DNA of 61,307 bases, from assembly GCA_001512495.1 (NCBI GenBank), contig LFRU01000007.1:7497-68803 (forward strand). The letters are read 5' to 3'. Made by a program: the position numbers and the translations under genes. Positions within the stretch are counted from its first letter, which is position 1; every line of letters begins with the position of its first letter. Source of the stretch: Syntrophothermus sp. DTU052. GTDB lineage: Bacteria; Bacillota; Syntrophomonadia; Syntrophomonadales; DTU052. The notes below the pieces were generated by a model. The model was not told the DNA's origin. It saw nothing but the letters and a program-made list of their open reading frames with translations, and did no database searches. Positions 1 to 11,503 of this stretch are shown here, piece after piece.

Positions 1-1
1 G

Positions 2-1621
2 CTGCGAAATAATCAGGAACTGGCATTCTCAGCTATTCCCGACTACGTTATTGAAGTACCCCGGGAAAGGAATCACGGGGATTTTGCCGCCAACGTGGCC
101 ATGATGATGGCTCGGGAAGCCAGAATGGCTCCCCGTAAGATCGCCGAATTGATAACGGACCATCTGTCGCTTAACCGGTCGCTGGTGCGGAAAGTTGAAG
201 TGGCAGGAGCCGGGTTTATTAACTTTTACCTGAATACGGACTGGGTTTATTCCGTTCCACCGGTAATCCTGGCCCTGGGTGATGACTTCGGCAAGACGGT
301 TCGGAAGAACGGTAAAAGGGTACAGGTAGAATTTGTGAGTGCCAATCCTACCGGTGACCTGCATATGGGCAATGCCCGGGGCGGCGCTATCGGGGATACA
401 CTGGCCAACATCCTTGATGCCTGCGGGTATGAGGTGGAGAAGGAATTTTACATCAATGATGCCGGGAATCAGATTGAACTCTTCGGTGCTTCGCTGGAGG
501 CCCGCTACCTGGAACTGCTGGGCGAGCCGTTCAGCATGCCGGAATCCGGCTATGCGGGGCAGGATGTTATCGACACGGTAAAAGAGGCGATAGATGAATT
601 TGGGGATTGTCTCTTGGAACTTAATTCCGAGGATCGGCGGCGGAAACTGACGGTGTTTGCCCTGGAACGAAGGATCGAGTATATCAAAAACACCTTGAGT
701 CGTTTTGGTATAGAGTACGATGTTTGGTTCGCGGAAAGTACCCTTCATGAATCCGGCGAGATTGCCGCGGTGGTGAAAGAGCTGTCTGACAAAGGTTATA
801 TTTATGAAATGGAGGGTGCCAAATGGTTTAAGTCAACGCTCTTCAAGGATGAAAAGGACGAGGTCGTTATAAGGAATAACGGGGTCCCTACCTATTTTGC
901 TGCAGATATCGCTTATCACCGCAACAAGTTTCAGCGGGGATTCGACTGGGTGATTAACGTGTGGGGCGCCGATCACCACGGACATGTATCACGCATGAAG
1001 GGTGCCATAGAAGCTCTGGGGTATGATCCAGACCGGTTGGATGTGGTAATCATGCAGTTGGTCAGGCTGTATCGCGGCGGGGAGATTGTTAGGATGTCGA
1101 AGCGGACCGGAACCCTGGTTACCCTGGATGAATTGATTGATGAGGTAGGCAAGGATGCAGCCCGTTTCTTTTTTGTTATGCGCAGTCCCGACAGCCATCT
1201 GGATTTTGATCTGGAACTGGCCAAGAAGGAGGGACAGGAGAATCCTGTATATTATGCCCAGTATGCCCATGCCCGGATATGCAGCATCCTGCGTCAGAGC
1301 AGGGCCCAGGGCATCGATTTCCCGCGGGTAGAGGATACCGACCTCCATGTATTAAAAGAAGATGAAGAACTGGAACTTTTGCGGAAACTGGCCGAGTTTC
1401 CTGAAGAGGTCAGAGCTGCCGGCAGGACCCTGGCACCGCAGAGGATCCCCCACTACGTACTTGACTTGGCGGGTCTCCTGCACAGCTTTTACAATCATCA
1501 CCGGGTCATAACCGATGATGAAAAGCTTCGGGATGCCAGGTTGGTTCTGATGCAGGCGGTGAAAATAACCATAAAGAATGCTCTGACCATGATCGGGGTG
1601 AAGGCTCCGGAGAGGATGTAG
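2..1621 (+). CDS. argS: Arginyl-tRNA synthetase, 5' end truncated by the window edge
   Basis: Frame 2 is open from the window edge ([37 protein letters not shown]...), so the N-terminus lies upstream. Class I motifs are present: '[12 protein letters not shown]' (HIGH-like) and 'RMSKRTG' (KMSK-like). Typical ArgRS C-terminus ...GVKAPERM. Confidence 0.95.
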   Translation: MRNNQELAFSAIPDYVIEVPRERNHGDFAANVAMMMAREARMAPRKIAELITDHLSLNRSLVRKVEVAGAGFINFYLNTDWVYSVPPVILALGDDFGKTVRKNGKRVQVEFVSANPTGDLHMGNARGGAIGDTLANILDACGYEVEKEFYINDAGNQIELFGASLEARYLELLGEPFSMPESGYAGQDVIDTVKEAIDEFGDCLLELNSEDRRRKLTVFALERRIEYIKNTLSRFGIEYDVWFAESTLHESGEIAAVVKELSDKGYIYEMEGAKWFKSTLFKDEKDEVVIRNNGVPTYFAADIAYHRNKFQRGFDWVINVWGADHHGHVSRMKGAIEALGYDPDRLDVVIMQLVRLYRGGEIVRMSKRTGTLVTLDELIDEVGKDAARFFFVMRSPDSHLDFDLELAKKEGQENPVYYAQYAHARICSILRQSRAQGIDFPRVEDTDLHVLKEDEELELLRKLAEFPEEVRAAGRTLAPQRIPHYVLDLAGLLHSFYNHHRVITDDEKLRDARLVLMQAVKITIKNALTMIGVKAPERM

Positions 1622-1749
1622 ACCTGACCCCTGAGGCTGGATACAGAACCCTGGGCGTAGCTCCTGGAGGAGGGGAATAATTCCGGATTATTATAAATTA
1701 AATAATAAGAGATATGACATCATGCTGGGTACGAAGGAGGCGATGGTTG

Positions 1750-1959
1750 ATGGAAAAAAAGAGTGAGGCTGACTGGGCCTACACTATCATCGAGGAAAAG
1801 GGGGGGCCGGTTTTCTACCGCGACCTGATCGAGGAGATCATTGAACGTATGAATAAGCCCAAGGATGCAAAAACTATGGCTTCGATTTACACCAGGATCA
1901 ATATCGATAATCGGCTTAACCATATTGGCGAGGGCTACTGGGTTCTGAGAGAAGAATAA
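1750..1959 (+). CDS. rpoE: RNA polymerase delta-subunit-like protein, N-terminal HARE-HTH domain only (69 aa)
   Basis: 'IYTRINIDNRLNHIGEGYWVLRE' resembles the B. subtilis RpoE N-domain '...FYTDLNIDGRF...WGLRSW'. It sits directly upstream of the pyrG block, as in Bacillus. Start moved to ATG 1750, downstream of SD AAGGAGG. No acidic C-terminal tail. Confidence 0.65.
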   Translation: MEKKSEADWAYTIIEEKGGPVFYRDLIEEIIERMNKPKDAKTMASIYTRINIDNRLNHIGEGYWVLREE

Positions 1960-1986
1960 AAGTTTCAAACAGGAGGTTGGATTTTA

Positions 1987-4291
<2,305 letters not shown>

Positions 4292-4313
4292 AACGTGAAG
4301 CCAAAGAACAAGA

Positions 4314-4353
4314 CCAGGGGTTCGGCGGCCATTAAACCGAACCCCTGGTTTTT
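4314..4353. terminator. Bidirectional intrinsic terminator between convergent pyrG and thiolase
   Basis: Stem CCAGGGGTTCGG / CCGAACCCCTGG followed by TTTTT, in the gap between the two convergent genes. Confidence 0.7.
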
Positions 4354-4393
4354 GCCCAAATCCGGTGCCAACCTTGTCGGGTAGTTGCTGTGG

Positions 4394-5572
4394 TTAAATC
4401 AGTTCCACCACGGTAGCACAAGCGGGACCGCCGCCAGCGCAGAGTGAGGCCACCCCATATTTGACGCCCCGTCTTCTCATTTCATGAACCAGGGTAATAA
4501 TCAGGCGCGCGCCCGTCTGGCCCACCGGATGTCCCAGTGAGATACCGGAGCCGTTGACGTTGATGATGCTTTTATCGATCTGCAATTCACGGTTGCAGGC
4601 TATAACCTGAGCGGCAAAGGCTTCGTTTAATTCCCACAGACCGATATCTTCTTTGGTCAGCCCCGCGTACTTCAGGGCCTTTTGCACTGCCGGCACTACC
4701 CCGATGCCCATGATCTTGGGATCAACTGCGGCCGAAGCCGTGCTGACGATTTTCGCCAGCGGTTTGAGTCCCAGCTCCGCAGCCTTTTCGCGGTGCGTCA
4801 GGATCATGGCTGCACCCGCATCGTTAAGTCCGGAGGCGTTTCCAGCGGTTACCGTCCCATCTTTCTTAAAGACCGGTCTCAATTTCGATAATGTCTCCAT
4901 ACTGGTATCAGCCCGGGGGTGTTCGTCTACCTCAAACATAACGGTTGCCTTTTTGGTTTTTACCTCAACCGGTACGATTTCCTCTTTGAACCTGCCTTCC
5001 GCAATGGCAGCGCAGGCACGCTGGTGGCTCATTAACGCCCATTCATCCTGTTCCTCGCGGCTGATGTTATACATCTCCGCCAGGTTTTCGGCGGTAATCC
5101 CCATATGATAGTCGTTGAAAGCATCGATAAGTCCGTCATAGAGCAGCTGATCAAGTAATTTGGCATCTCCCATCCTGAGCCCCTGGCGGGCTTTCTGCAC
5201 CATATAAACACAGTTGCTCATGCTTTCATAACCAACCACCATACCCATATCGAGTTTATTCAGCAGGATCTGTTGGCAAATTATTTCAGTTGCCCGCATC
5301 GATGAGGGGCACTGCTGGTTGACAGTGAGGGCTACGGTTTCGACCGGACATCCCATCCCCAGGCACACCTGACGCCCGGTATTGCCTTTATTACCACCCT
5401 GGTAAACGTGGCCGGCCGCTACCTCCTCAATCTGATCAGGCTTGATACCGGCTTTTTCAATGGCTGCTTTCCCGGCCGCAATGCCCAGCTCGACAGCGCT
5501 GAAACTGCTGAGACTTCCCATATAATCACCAATTGCAGTTCTGACAGCACTTACGATTACAACTTCTCTCAT
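4394..5572 (-). CDS. Acetyl-CoA C-acetyltransferase (thiolase II family)
   Basis: 'MREVVIVSAVRTAIG' N-terminus, 'NGSGISLGHPVGQTGARL' and 'SLCAGGGPACATVVE' C-terminal thiolase signatures. Start set at ATG 5572, which has SD GGAGGT; the upstream ORF-track extension is non-homologous. Confidence 0.9.
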   Translation of the reverse strand: MREVVIVSAVRTAIGDYMGSLSSFSAVELGIAAGKAAIEKAGIKPDQIEEVAAGHVYQGGNKGNTGRQVCLGMGCPVETVALTVNQQCPSSMRATEIICQQILLNKLDMGMVVGYESMSNCVYMVQKARQGLRMGDAKLLDQLLYDGLIDAFNDYHMGITAENLAEMYNISREEQDEWALMSHQRACAAIAEGRFKEEIVPVEVKTKKATVMFEVDEHPRADTSMETLSKLRPVFKKDGTVTAGNASGLNDAGAAMILTHREKAAELGLKPLAKIVSTASAAVDPKIMGIGVVPAVQKALKYAGLTKEDIGLWELNEAFAAQVIACNRELQIDKSIINVNGSGISLGHPVGQTGARLIITLVHEMRRRGVKYGVASLCAGGGPACATVVELI

Positions 5573-5923
5573 CCTTTTACCTCCTCTGCACGGTATGATC
5601 GGGTATAATTGAAACGGGCGAATCATCACCTCCTGCCTGCGGATGCACATATTTCGGGTACGAGGGAAAAGAGCCGTTGACGTTTTCGAGGTCGCATGCG
5701 GATGGTTGCTACTGTGGCCATATAAAAAGAGATTTAACATAGTAGCTTATTAGTGCGGCTGTTTCTGGTTATTGGCGACCAGTGTATAGAACTATTCGAC
5801 TTTTGATGATCATTTCCTGCAACAGCAATTTTACGTTAATGGAATTGTTTTGGCAGGGATCAACCAAGGTATAATAATTCTAAGATTGGGGTCCGGAAGT
5901 TTTGAAGGAAAGCGAAGGAAGCT

Positions 5924-7012
5924 ATGATAAGTGTTAGAGTTGTTGAACCGTCACGAACGGATGAATACGATCGGTTTGTATCCGGCCATCCCCAAGGACA
6001 TATACTCCAGAGCCGGGAATGGGGTGAAGTCAAGCGGAGCATGGGGTGGGTGCCCCTGCCGGTAGCGTTATATGAAGAAGGACACATCAGGGGGGCTATG
6101 CTTGTTCTCAAGCGCAGGCTGCCTATCCCCGGAATGAATAAATCAATCTTCTATGCCCCGCGGGGACCGGTAGCAGACATCGATGATCATGACCTGCTGG
6201 ACCGCCTGTTTGAGGGGGTGCGCAACCTGGCCCGGGCGCACGGGGCGATTTTTCTCAAGATTGATCCGGATATTGAAAGTACCAATGAATCTTTCAGGGA
6301 CTACCTGATATCCCGGGGCTTCAGGAAAACCTCGACGGCGGAAGGTTTTGAGGGGGTACAGCCCACCTATGTCTTCCGCCTGGATATTACTCCCGATGAG
6401 GAGCGGCTCCTGGAACAGATGGCTTCCAAAACCCGATACAATATTCGACTGGCTGGGAGAAAAGGAGTAGTTGTACGCCAGGCTGCCGAAAAGCGGGACC
6501 TTGAAGAGTTTTACCGGATACTGAAGGAAACCGCTGAAAGAGACCGGTTTCTCGTCCGTGATTACAGCTATTTCGAGGTGATCTGGGAGCACTTGGTGGA
6601 GCAGGGTAAGGCCAGACTGTTTATGGCCGAGTATCAAGACCGGTACATTGCCGGCACCCTGGCCTTTATCCTGGGAGATAAGGCCTGGTACATCTATGGC
6701 GCATCCAGTAACGAGCACCGTAACGTAATGCCCAACTACCTCTTGCAGTGGACCATGATCAAGTGGGCCCGGGAAAATGGATGTACCCTGTACGATTTTC
6801 GGGGGGTTTCCGGTGACTTATCGGAGGACAACCCCCTTTACGGACTTTATCGCTTTAAAAAGGGGTTTGCCGCCACCTTTACCGAGTTTATCGGAGAGTG
6901 GGATCTGGTTTACTCTCCCCTGTTTTACTGGTTATGGACCCGGGTGCTGCCCGTCTACTACAGGACCGTCAGGCGGGTCATACGTTGGAGGAAGAGGCTG
7001 AACCATGACTGA
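5924..7012 (+). CDS. FemAB/FemX-family peptidoglycan aminoacyl(peptidyl)transferase
   Basis: Family-typical blocks 'IFYAPRGP', 'KTRYNIRLAGRKG', 'YGASSNEHRNVMPNYLLQW' and 'YDFRGV'. SD GAAGGAAG lies upstream of the ATG. Confidence 0.8.
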   Translation: MISVRVVEPSRTDEYDRFVSGHPQGHILQSREWGEVKRSMGWVPLPVALYEEGHIRGAMLVLKRRLPIPGMNKSIFYAPRGPVADIDDHDLLDRLFEGVRNLARAHGAIFLKIDPDIESTNESFRDYLISRGFRKTSTAEGFEGVQPTYVFRLDITPDEERLLEQMASKTRYNIRLAGRKGVVVRQAAEKRDLEEFYRILKETAERDRFLVRDYSYFEVIWEHLVEQGKARLFMAEYQDRYIAGTLAFILGDKAWYIYGASSNEHRNVMPNYLLQWTMIKWARENGCTLYDFRGVSGDLSEDNPLYGLYRFKKGFAATFTEFIGEWDLVYSPLFYWLWTRVLPVYYRTVRRVIRWRKRLNHD

Positions 7013-8201
7013 ATGGCCGACTAATACCGATAAATGGATAGAGGTAGATTTGGATGCAATCGGGCACAACCTGGAGGAGATAAAGCGGATGCTGCAGCCG
7101 GGAACCCGGCTTATGGCCGTAGTCAAGGCTAATGCCTACGGGCTGGGGGCAGTACCGGTGGCTCGGGAATTGATAAAGCTCGGGGTGGATCTGTTGGGGG
7201 TTACTTTCTTAAGGGAAGCCCTACAGTTAAGGTATAACGAGATAGATGAAGATATTCTGGTTTTTTCACCGCTGCTGCCCGAAGAATACCTGACGGCGAT
7301 TGAACATAATATAATAGTGTCGGTCGGTTCCGCAAAGGATTTATCCCTGGTGGAAAGAGCCGCGGCCCAGTTGGGCAGGAGAGCGCGGGTTCATATAAAA
7401 ATTGATACCGGCCTGGGAAGGTTTGGCCTGGAAATAGACGAAGCGGAACCGGTGGTCAAGGAGGCTTATGCCAGTAAAGAAATAGTCCTGGAAGGCATCT
7501 ATACTCATTTTGCTGCCGGGGTTGATGATGCCTTCACTGTTAAACAGTTTACCAGCTTTCGTTCTTTACTGGACAGCCTTGAAAAGCAGGGCATAAGCAT
7601 ACCCTGGCGGCACTGCTGCAGCAGCAGTTCATTTTTGCGGCACCCATATATGCATCTGGAAATGGTGAGGCTGGGCACCGTTTTGTACGGCCAGTTCCCG
7701 GCGGGAAAGGTAATGCCGGAAGTAAAACTGAAAGAATGCTACCGTTTTAAGGCCCGGATATCTGCTGTTCGAGATTTCAAGCGGGGCAGCTATTTGGGTT
7801 ATTACCGCACCTACCGTCTGCCGCATGACAGCAGGGTAGCCGTAATTCCTGTAGGATTGGTGGATGGCTTTGGGGTTGAAGCCATTCCTAAACCTTCCGG
7901 TGTTATTGATTTCTTAAAGATGGGGATCAAACTGTTGGCCTCTTTCCTTAATCTTAACCGTACAGCTTTAACAGCCACTATTAACGGAAAGCCCGCATAT
8001 ATACGCGGGAAGATGTTTATGCAGTTCTGCCTGGTTGAGATTCCTTCCCCGTTGGGGGTCGAACCCGGAGATGTAGTCGAGCTGCCCGTTAAGAGAACCC
8101 TGGCATCTCTGGCAGTTCCACGTTTTTACCTGCGAGAGGGGCGGGGCCGAGCCGATGATAATGATGTGCTACCGGTGCCGGAGCCGGGCTTTATCGAATA
8201 A
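7005..8201 (+). CDS. alr: Alanine-racemase-family PLP enzyme (divergent, with insertion)
   Basis: PLP-lysine motif 'AVVKANAYGLG' and 'YTHFA'. The start overlaps the femAB-family stop by 8 nt. An extra segment (~30 aa by eye), '...KPSGVIDFLKMGIKLLASFLNLNRTALTA...', precedes the C-terminal beta-domain. Confidence 0.75.
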   Translation: MTEWPTNTDKWIEVDLDAIGHNLEEIKRMLQPGTRLMAVVKANAYGLGAVPVARELIKLGVDLLGVTFLREALQLRYNEIDEDILVFSPLLPEEYLTAIEHNIIVSVGSAKDLSLVERAAAQLGRRARVHIKIDTGLGRFGLEIDEAEPVVKEAYASKEIVLEGIYTHFAAGVDDAFTVKQFTSFRSLLDSLEKQGISIPWRHCCSSSSFLRHPYMHLEMVRLGTVLYGQFPAGKVMPEVKLKECYRFKARISAVRDFKRGSYLGYYRTYRLPHDSRVAVIPVGLVDGFGVEAIPKPSGVIDFLKMGIKLLASFLNLNRTALTATINGKPAYIRGKMFMQFCLVEIPSPLGVEPGDVVELPVKRTLASLAVPRFYLREGRGRADDNDVLPVPEPGFIE

Positions 8202-8244
8202 CCAGACCAGCATATGGTTGCGATCAAATTATTTTACCGCCAGG

Positions 8245-8281
8245 GAAGGAAATTAAATACAGTTATTGAATCTGTTAGAAT
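8245..8281 (+). promoter_or_regulatory. Candidate sigma-H-type promoter, plus an overlapping extended -10 sigma-A-type element, upstream of spo0F-like
   Basis: GAAGGAAAT (8245-8253) - 11 nt - ATTGAAT (8265-8271) fits the B. subtilis sigma-H consensus RNAGGAWWW-N11/12-RNNGAAT. TGtTAGAAT sits at 8273-8281. The ATG is about 30-40 nt downstream. Confidence 0.45.
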
Positions 8282-8310
8282 AGCACCATTGCTGCTGGAG
8301 GGATGGAGGA

Positions 8311-8685
8311 ATGGGGTACAGGGTACTGGTGGTAGACGATCAAAAAGGGGTTCGGCGCCTGTTGGAAGAGCTTTTCAAGAAAGAGGGTTACGAGGTTAAT
8401 GTGGCGGTTGACGGTCGGGATAGCATCGAGAAGGTAAAGGCCAATACCCCTGATATTGTACTCATGGATATGAAGATGCCCAACATGAATGGTTTGGAGG
8501 CATCGGAGGAAATCATTAAGTATGACAGAAATATACCTATCATAATGATGACTGCTTACGGAGAGATGGAGATTGTACAGAAAGCGTTGGAAGTAGGGGT
8601 TAAAAAGTATATCACCAAGCCGTTTGACATTATAGACTTAAGGAATCTTGTGCGGGAGGTACTGGAACAAAACACGGTTGAATAA
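8311..8685 (+). CDS. spo0F: Single-domain receiver response regulator, Spo0F-like
   Basis: Receiver motifs 'VLVVDDQKGVRRLL', 'DIVLMDMKMPNMNG' and 'IIMMTAYGE...KPFDI' closely parallel B. subtilis Spo0F. It sits upstream of fba-tal-glpX-rho, the same position as spo0F in Bacillus. Confidence 0.75.
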   Translation: MGYRVLVVDDQKGVRRLLEELFKKEGYEVNVAVDGRDSIEKVKANTPDIVLMDMKMPNMNGLEASEEIIKYDRNIPIIMMTAYGEMEIVQKALEVGVKKYITKPFDIIDLRNLVREVLEQNTVE

Positions 8686-8860
8686 ATATGCCGGCGGAAC
8701 CAGGATTTAATATGATTATAATAAAGCGACCTGGTAAAATAGATTTATGAGCGTCGCACGGGATACCGCATGGGCAATATACTGTCAGGGTGAGGATGCT
8801 CGGAGTGAGGGCCGGCATTGACAAATGTTGGGCGACCGGGGTTGAAAAGGGAGGATAAAA

Positions 8861-9709
8861 ATGGCATTAGTACCGATGACAGAACTATTGGCTAAAGCTG
8901 AGGCAGGAAGATACGCAGTCGGAGCTTTCAACGCCAACAATATGGAAATAGTTCAGGCTATTGCTATAGCCGCTGAAAGAGAACAGGCTCCGGTTATAAT
9001 GCAGGCCAGCCAGGGGGCAATTAAGTACGCCGGTTTGGATTACATAATAGGCATGGTAAAAATAGCTGCCGAAAGTACGCGGGTTCCTGTTGCCCTGCAC
9101 CTGGACCACGGAACCAGTTTTGAACAGGTAGTCAGGTGTATCCGGGGGGGCTTCAGTTCGGTTATGTACGACGGATCGCAATTCCCCCTGGAAGAGAATA
9201 TTTTCATGACCAAAAAGGTAATCGAAATCGCCCGGCCCATCAATGTATCGGTGGAAGCGGAACTGGGCAAGATCGGGGGTACGGAAGATGATATCAGTGT
9301 CAAAGAAAGCCTTCTTACCGACCCCTATGAAGCCGAGGTTTTTGTTAGAGAAACCGGAGTCGATGCCCTGGCGGTAGCGATAGGCACCGCTCACGGACAG
9401 TATAAAGGCGAGCCCGAACTGGATTTTGATCGTCTGAAAAAGATCCGGGAATTGGTTAGTATACCTATTGTTCTGCACGGGTCTTCCGGGGTGCCTGATG
9501 AGTCGATTACTAAAGCCATCAGCCTGGGGGTGCGAAAGGTCAATATTGACACCAATATTCGAGAGGCCTTTGTTGCCCGGTTAAGACAGGAGATGGAAAA
9601 AAATCCTGCCGAAATAGATCCGCGCAAGCTATTGGGACCGGCTAGGGATGCAGCGGTTGAGCTTATTCGTGAGAAGATAAGACTGTTTGGCAGTTCTGGA
9701 AAGGCTTAG
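8861..9709 (+). CDS. fba: Class II fructose-1,6-bisphosphate aldolase
   Basis: 'AVGAFNANNMEIVQAI', 'PVALHLDHG' and 'LVLHGSSGVP'-like ('IVLHGSSGVPD') motifs. Confidence 0.9.
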   Translation: MALVPMTELLAKAEAGRYAVGAFNANNMEIVQAIAIAAEREQAPVIMQASQGAIKYAGLDYIIGMVKIAAESTRVPVALHLDHGTSFEQVVRCIRGGFSSVMYDGSQFPLEENIFMTKKVIEIARPINVSVEAELGKIGGTEDDISVKESLLTDPYEAEVFVRETGVDALAVAIGTAHGQYKGEPELDFDRLKKIRELVSIPIVLHGSSGVPDESITKAISLGVRKVNIDTNIREAFVARLRQEMEKNPAEIDPRKLLGPARDAAVELIREKIRLFGSSGKA

Positions 9710-9854
9710 CCGCAAGCGGGAGTAAGCCTGGGGTCACTCCGCTGGACATGGTTGTCTGCTTAACATACCTTTATCAACGGTACCTGTTTATTAAACATAT
9801 GTTCCGATTATTACAAGACCATTAAAACATGCAACAGGGGGATATGGGGATATT

Positions 9855-10505
9855 ATGAAGATATTCATTGACTCGGCCAACATCGAAGAGATTCGTGAAA
9901 TCAACGATCTGGGATTTTTGGCCGGGGTTACGACCAATCCCACCCTGGTAGCCAGGGAGAAGGGCGATTTTCACCAGATGGTGCAGCAGATCTGTGACAT
10001 AGTTGACGGCCCGGTTAATGCTGAACCCCTGGGGGTGACTTTCAGTGAATTGATTAACGAGGGCCAGGCATTAGCCGGCCTCCATCCCAATATCGTAGTA
10101 AAGATACCGCTATGCGAAGACGGTTTGAGAGCTATGAGATACCTTTCCCGGAGGGGAATCAAGACCAATGCCACCCTGGTGTTCTCTGCCAATCAAGCCC
10201 TGCTGGCGGCCAGAGCCGGAGCCGACTATGTCAGTCCTTTTGTGGGGAGGATTGATGATACCGGAAACGATGGCCTCCAGGTTTTGGCAGATATAGTGAA
10301 CATCTTGGACCAGTATGCAGTCGATACGGAGATTATCGCCGCCAGCATCAGGCACCCCATGCACGTTACGGAAGCAGCAAAAATTGGGGCCCATATTGCC
10401 ACCATACCTTATAAGGTGATTAAAGCCATGATAAGGCATCCCTTGACCGATGTGGGAATAGAAAAGTTTGTGGAGGATGGAAAGAAGCTACAGGGTAAGA
10501 TTTGA
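9855..10505 (+). CDS. tal: Transaldolase (short Fsa/TalB-type, 216 aa)
   Basis: 'MKIFIDSANIEEI', 'GVTTNPTL', 'VVKIP' and 'NATLVFS' motifs. Confidence 0.9.
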   Translation: MKIFIDSANIEEIREINDLGFLAGVTTNPTLVAREKGDFHQMVQQICDIVDGPVNAEPLGVTFSELINEGQALAGLHPNIVVKIPLCEDGLRAMRYLSRRGIKTNATLVFSANQALLAARAGADYVSPFVGRIDDTGNDGLQVLADIVNILDQYAVDTEIIAASIRHPMHVTEAAKIGAHIATIPYKVIKAMIRHPLTDVGIEKFVEDGKKLQGKI

Positions 10506-10519
10506 TAGGAGTGTTTTTG

Positions 10520-11503
10520 GTGGAGAGGGAATTGGCACTGGAATTGGCTCGAGTTACCGAAGCAGCTGCACTGGCTGCAGCCCGCTGGATGGGCCGCGGG
10601 GACAAGGAAGCCGCAGATGATGCCGCGGTTACCGCCATGCGCGTTATGTTTGACACGGTTCAGTTTGATGGAATTGTAGTTATCGGAGAAGGGGAGATGG
10701 ATGAAGCCCCCATGCTCTACATCGGAGAAAAAGTAGGCATGGGAGTGCCTCCGCTGGTGGATGTGGCGGTTGATCCCCTGGAGGGGACCAATATTGTGGC
10801 CAAAGGCGCAACCGGAGCACTGGCTGTTTTAGCCGTGGCTCCCCGGGGTGCCCTGCTGCACGCTCCGGATATGTATATGGAGAAGATTGCCGTCGGTCCT
10901 CGGTGCAAAGGCAGAGTAAGCCTTGAGGCGCCGGTCAGGGAGAACCTTCACGAAGTGGCCAAGGCGTTGGAAAAGTCCATCCGTGAAGTGACCGTGGTCA
11001 TTCTGGACCGGCCCCGGCATCAGCAATTGATAGAAGAAGTCCGGAGTACAGGCTGCCGGATCAAGCTTATAACTGACGGGGACGTATCTCCGGCCGTGGC
11101 TGCTGCTTACGAGGATTCAGGTGTTGACATTTTGCTGGGGATTGGAGGCGCACCGGAGGGAGTTATATCGGCGGCGGCTCTGCGCTGTATGGGGGGAGAT
11201 TTTCAGGGGAGACTCTGGCCTGAGTATGAAAGTGAGATTCAGCGTGCACAATCCATGGGCATAAACGACATCAACCAGATATTAACCATCGATGATCTGA
11301 TTAAATCGGAAGATGTTTTCTTTTCCGCTACCGGGATAACCGATGGAGACCTTCTACGGGGGGTCAGGTATTTTTCGGGTAGAGCAGTAACTCATACCCT
11401 GGTGATGAGAGGCCTTTCAGGAACGATAAGGTATATTCAGGCCACCCACCATCTTGATAAAAAGCCTCTTTTCAAGGATAATAAGATAAGGATTCGAATG
11501 TAA
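10520..11503 (+). CDS. glpX: Class II fructose-1,6-bisphosphatase GlpX
   Basis: 'ERELALELARVTEAAALAAARWMGRGDK' and 'DPLEGT' motifs. Start placed at GTG 10520, 9 nt after SD AGGAG; the ORF-track TTG 10502 is also possible. Confidence 0.9.
   Translation: MERELALELARVTEAAALAAARWMGRGDKEAADDAAVTAMRVMFDTVQFDGIVVIGEGEMDEAPMLYIGEKVGMGVPPLVDVAVDPLEGTNIVAKGATGALAVLAVAPRGALLHAPDMYMEKIAVGPRCKGRVSLEAPVRENLHEVAKALEKSIREVTVVILDRPRHQQLIEEVRSTGCRIKLITDGDVSPAVAAAYEDSGVDILLGIGGAPEGVISAAALRCMGGDFQGRLWPEYESEIQRAQSMGINDINQILTIDDLIKSEDVFFSATGITDGDLLRGVRYFSGRAVTHTLVMRGLSGTIRYIQATHHLDKKPLFKDNKIRIRM

Noticed and set aside
29-748. Long minus-strand ORFs mirrored inside confident plus-strand genes (e.g. 29-748, 12197-12766, 28640-29395, 29438-30109, 49469-50113, 53303-53908, 59309-59917)
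   Set aside because: They lie antisense to genes with unmistakable family motifs (argS, rho, atpG, atpD, yacL, gltX, yacP). Their translations are low-complexity or Arg/Pro/Gly-rich with no recognisable motifs and no SD. They are typical shadow ORFs.
8214-8399. 61-aa ORF overlapping the spo0F promoter and start
   Set aside because: It is out of frame with the well-supported Spo0F-like gene, has no SD, and its Arg/Gly-rich product has no recognisable features.
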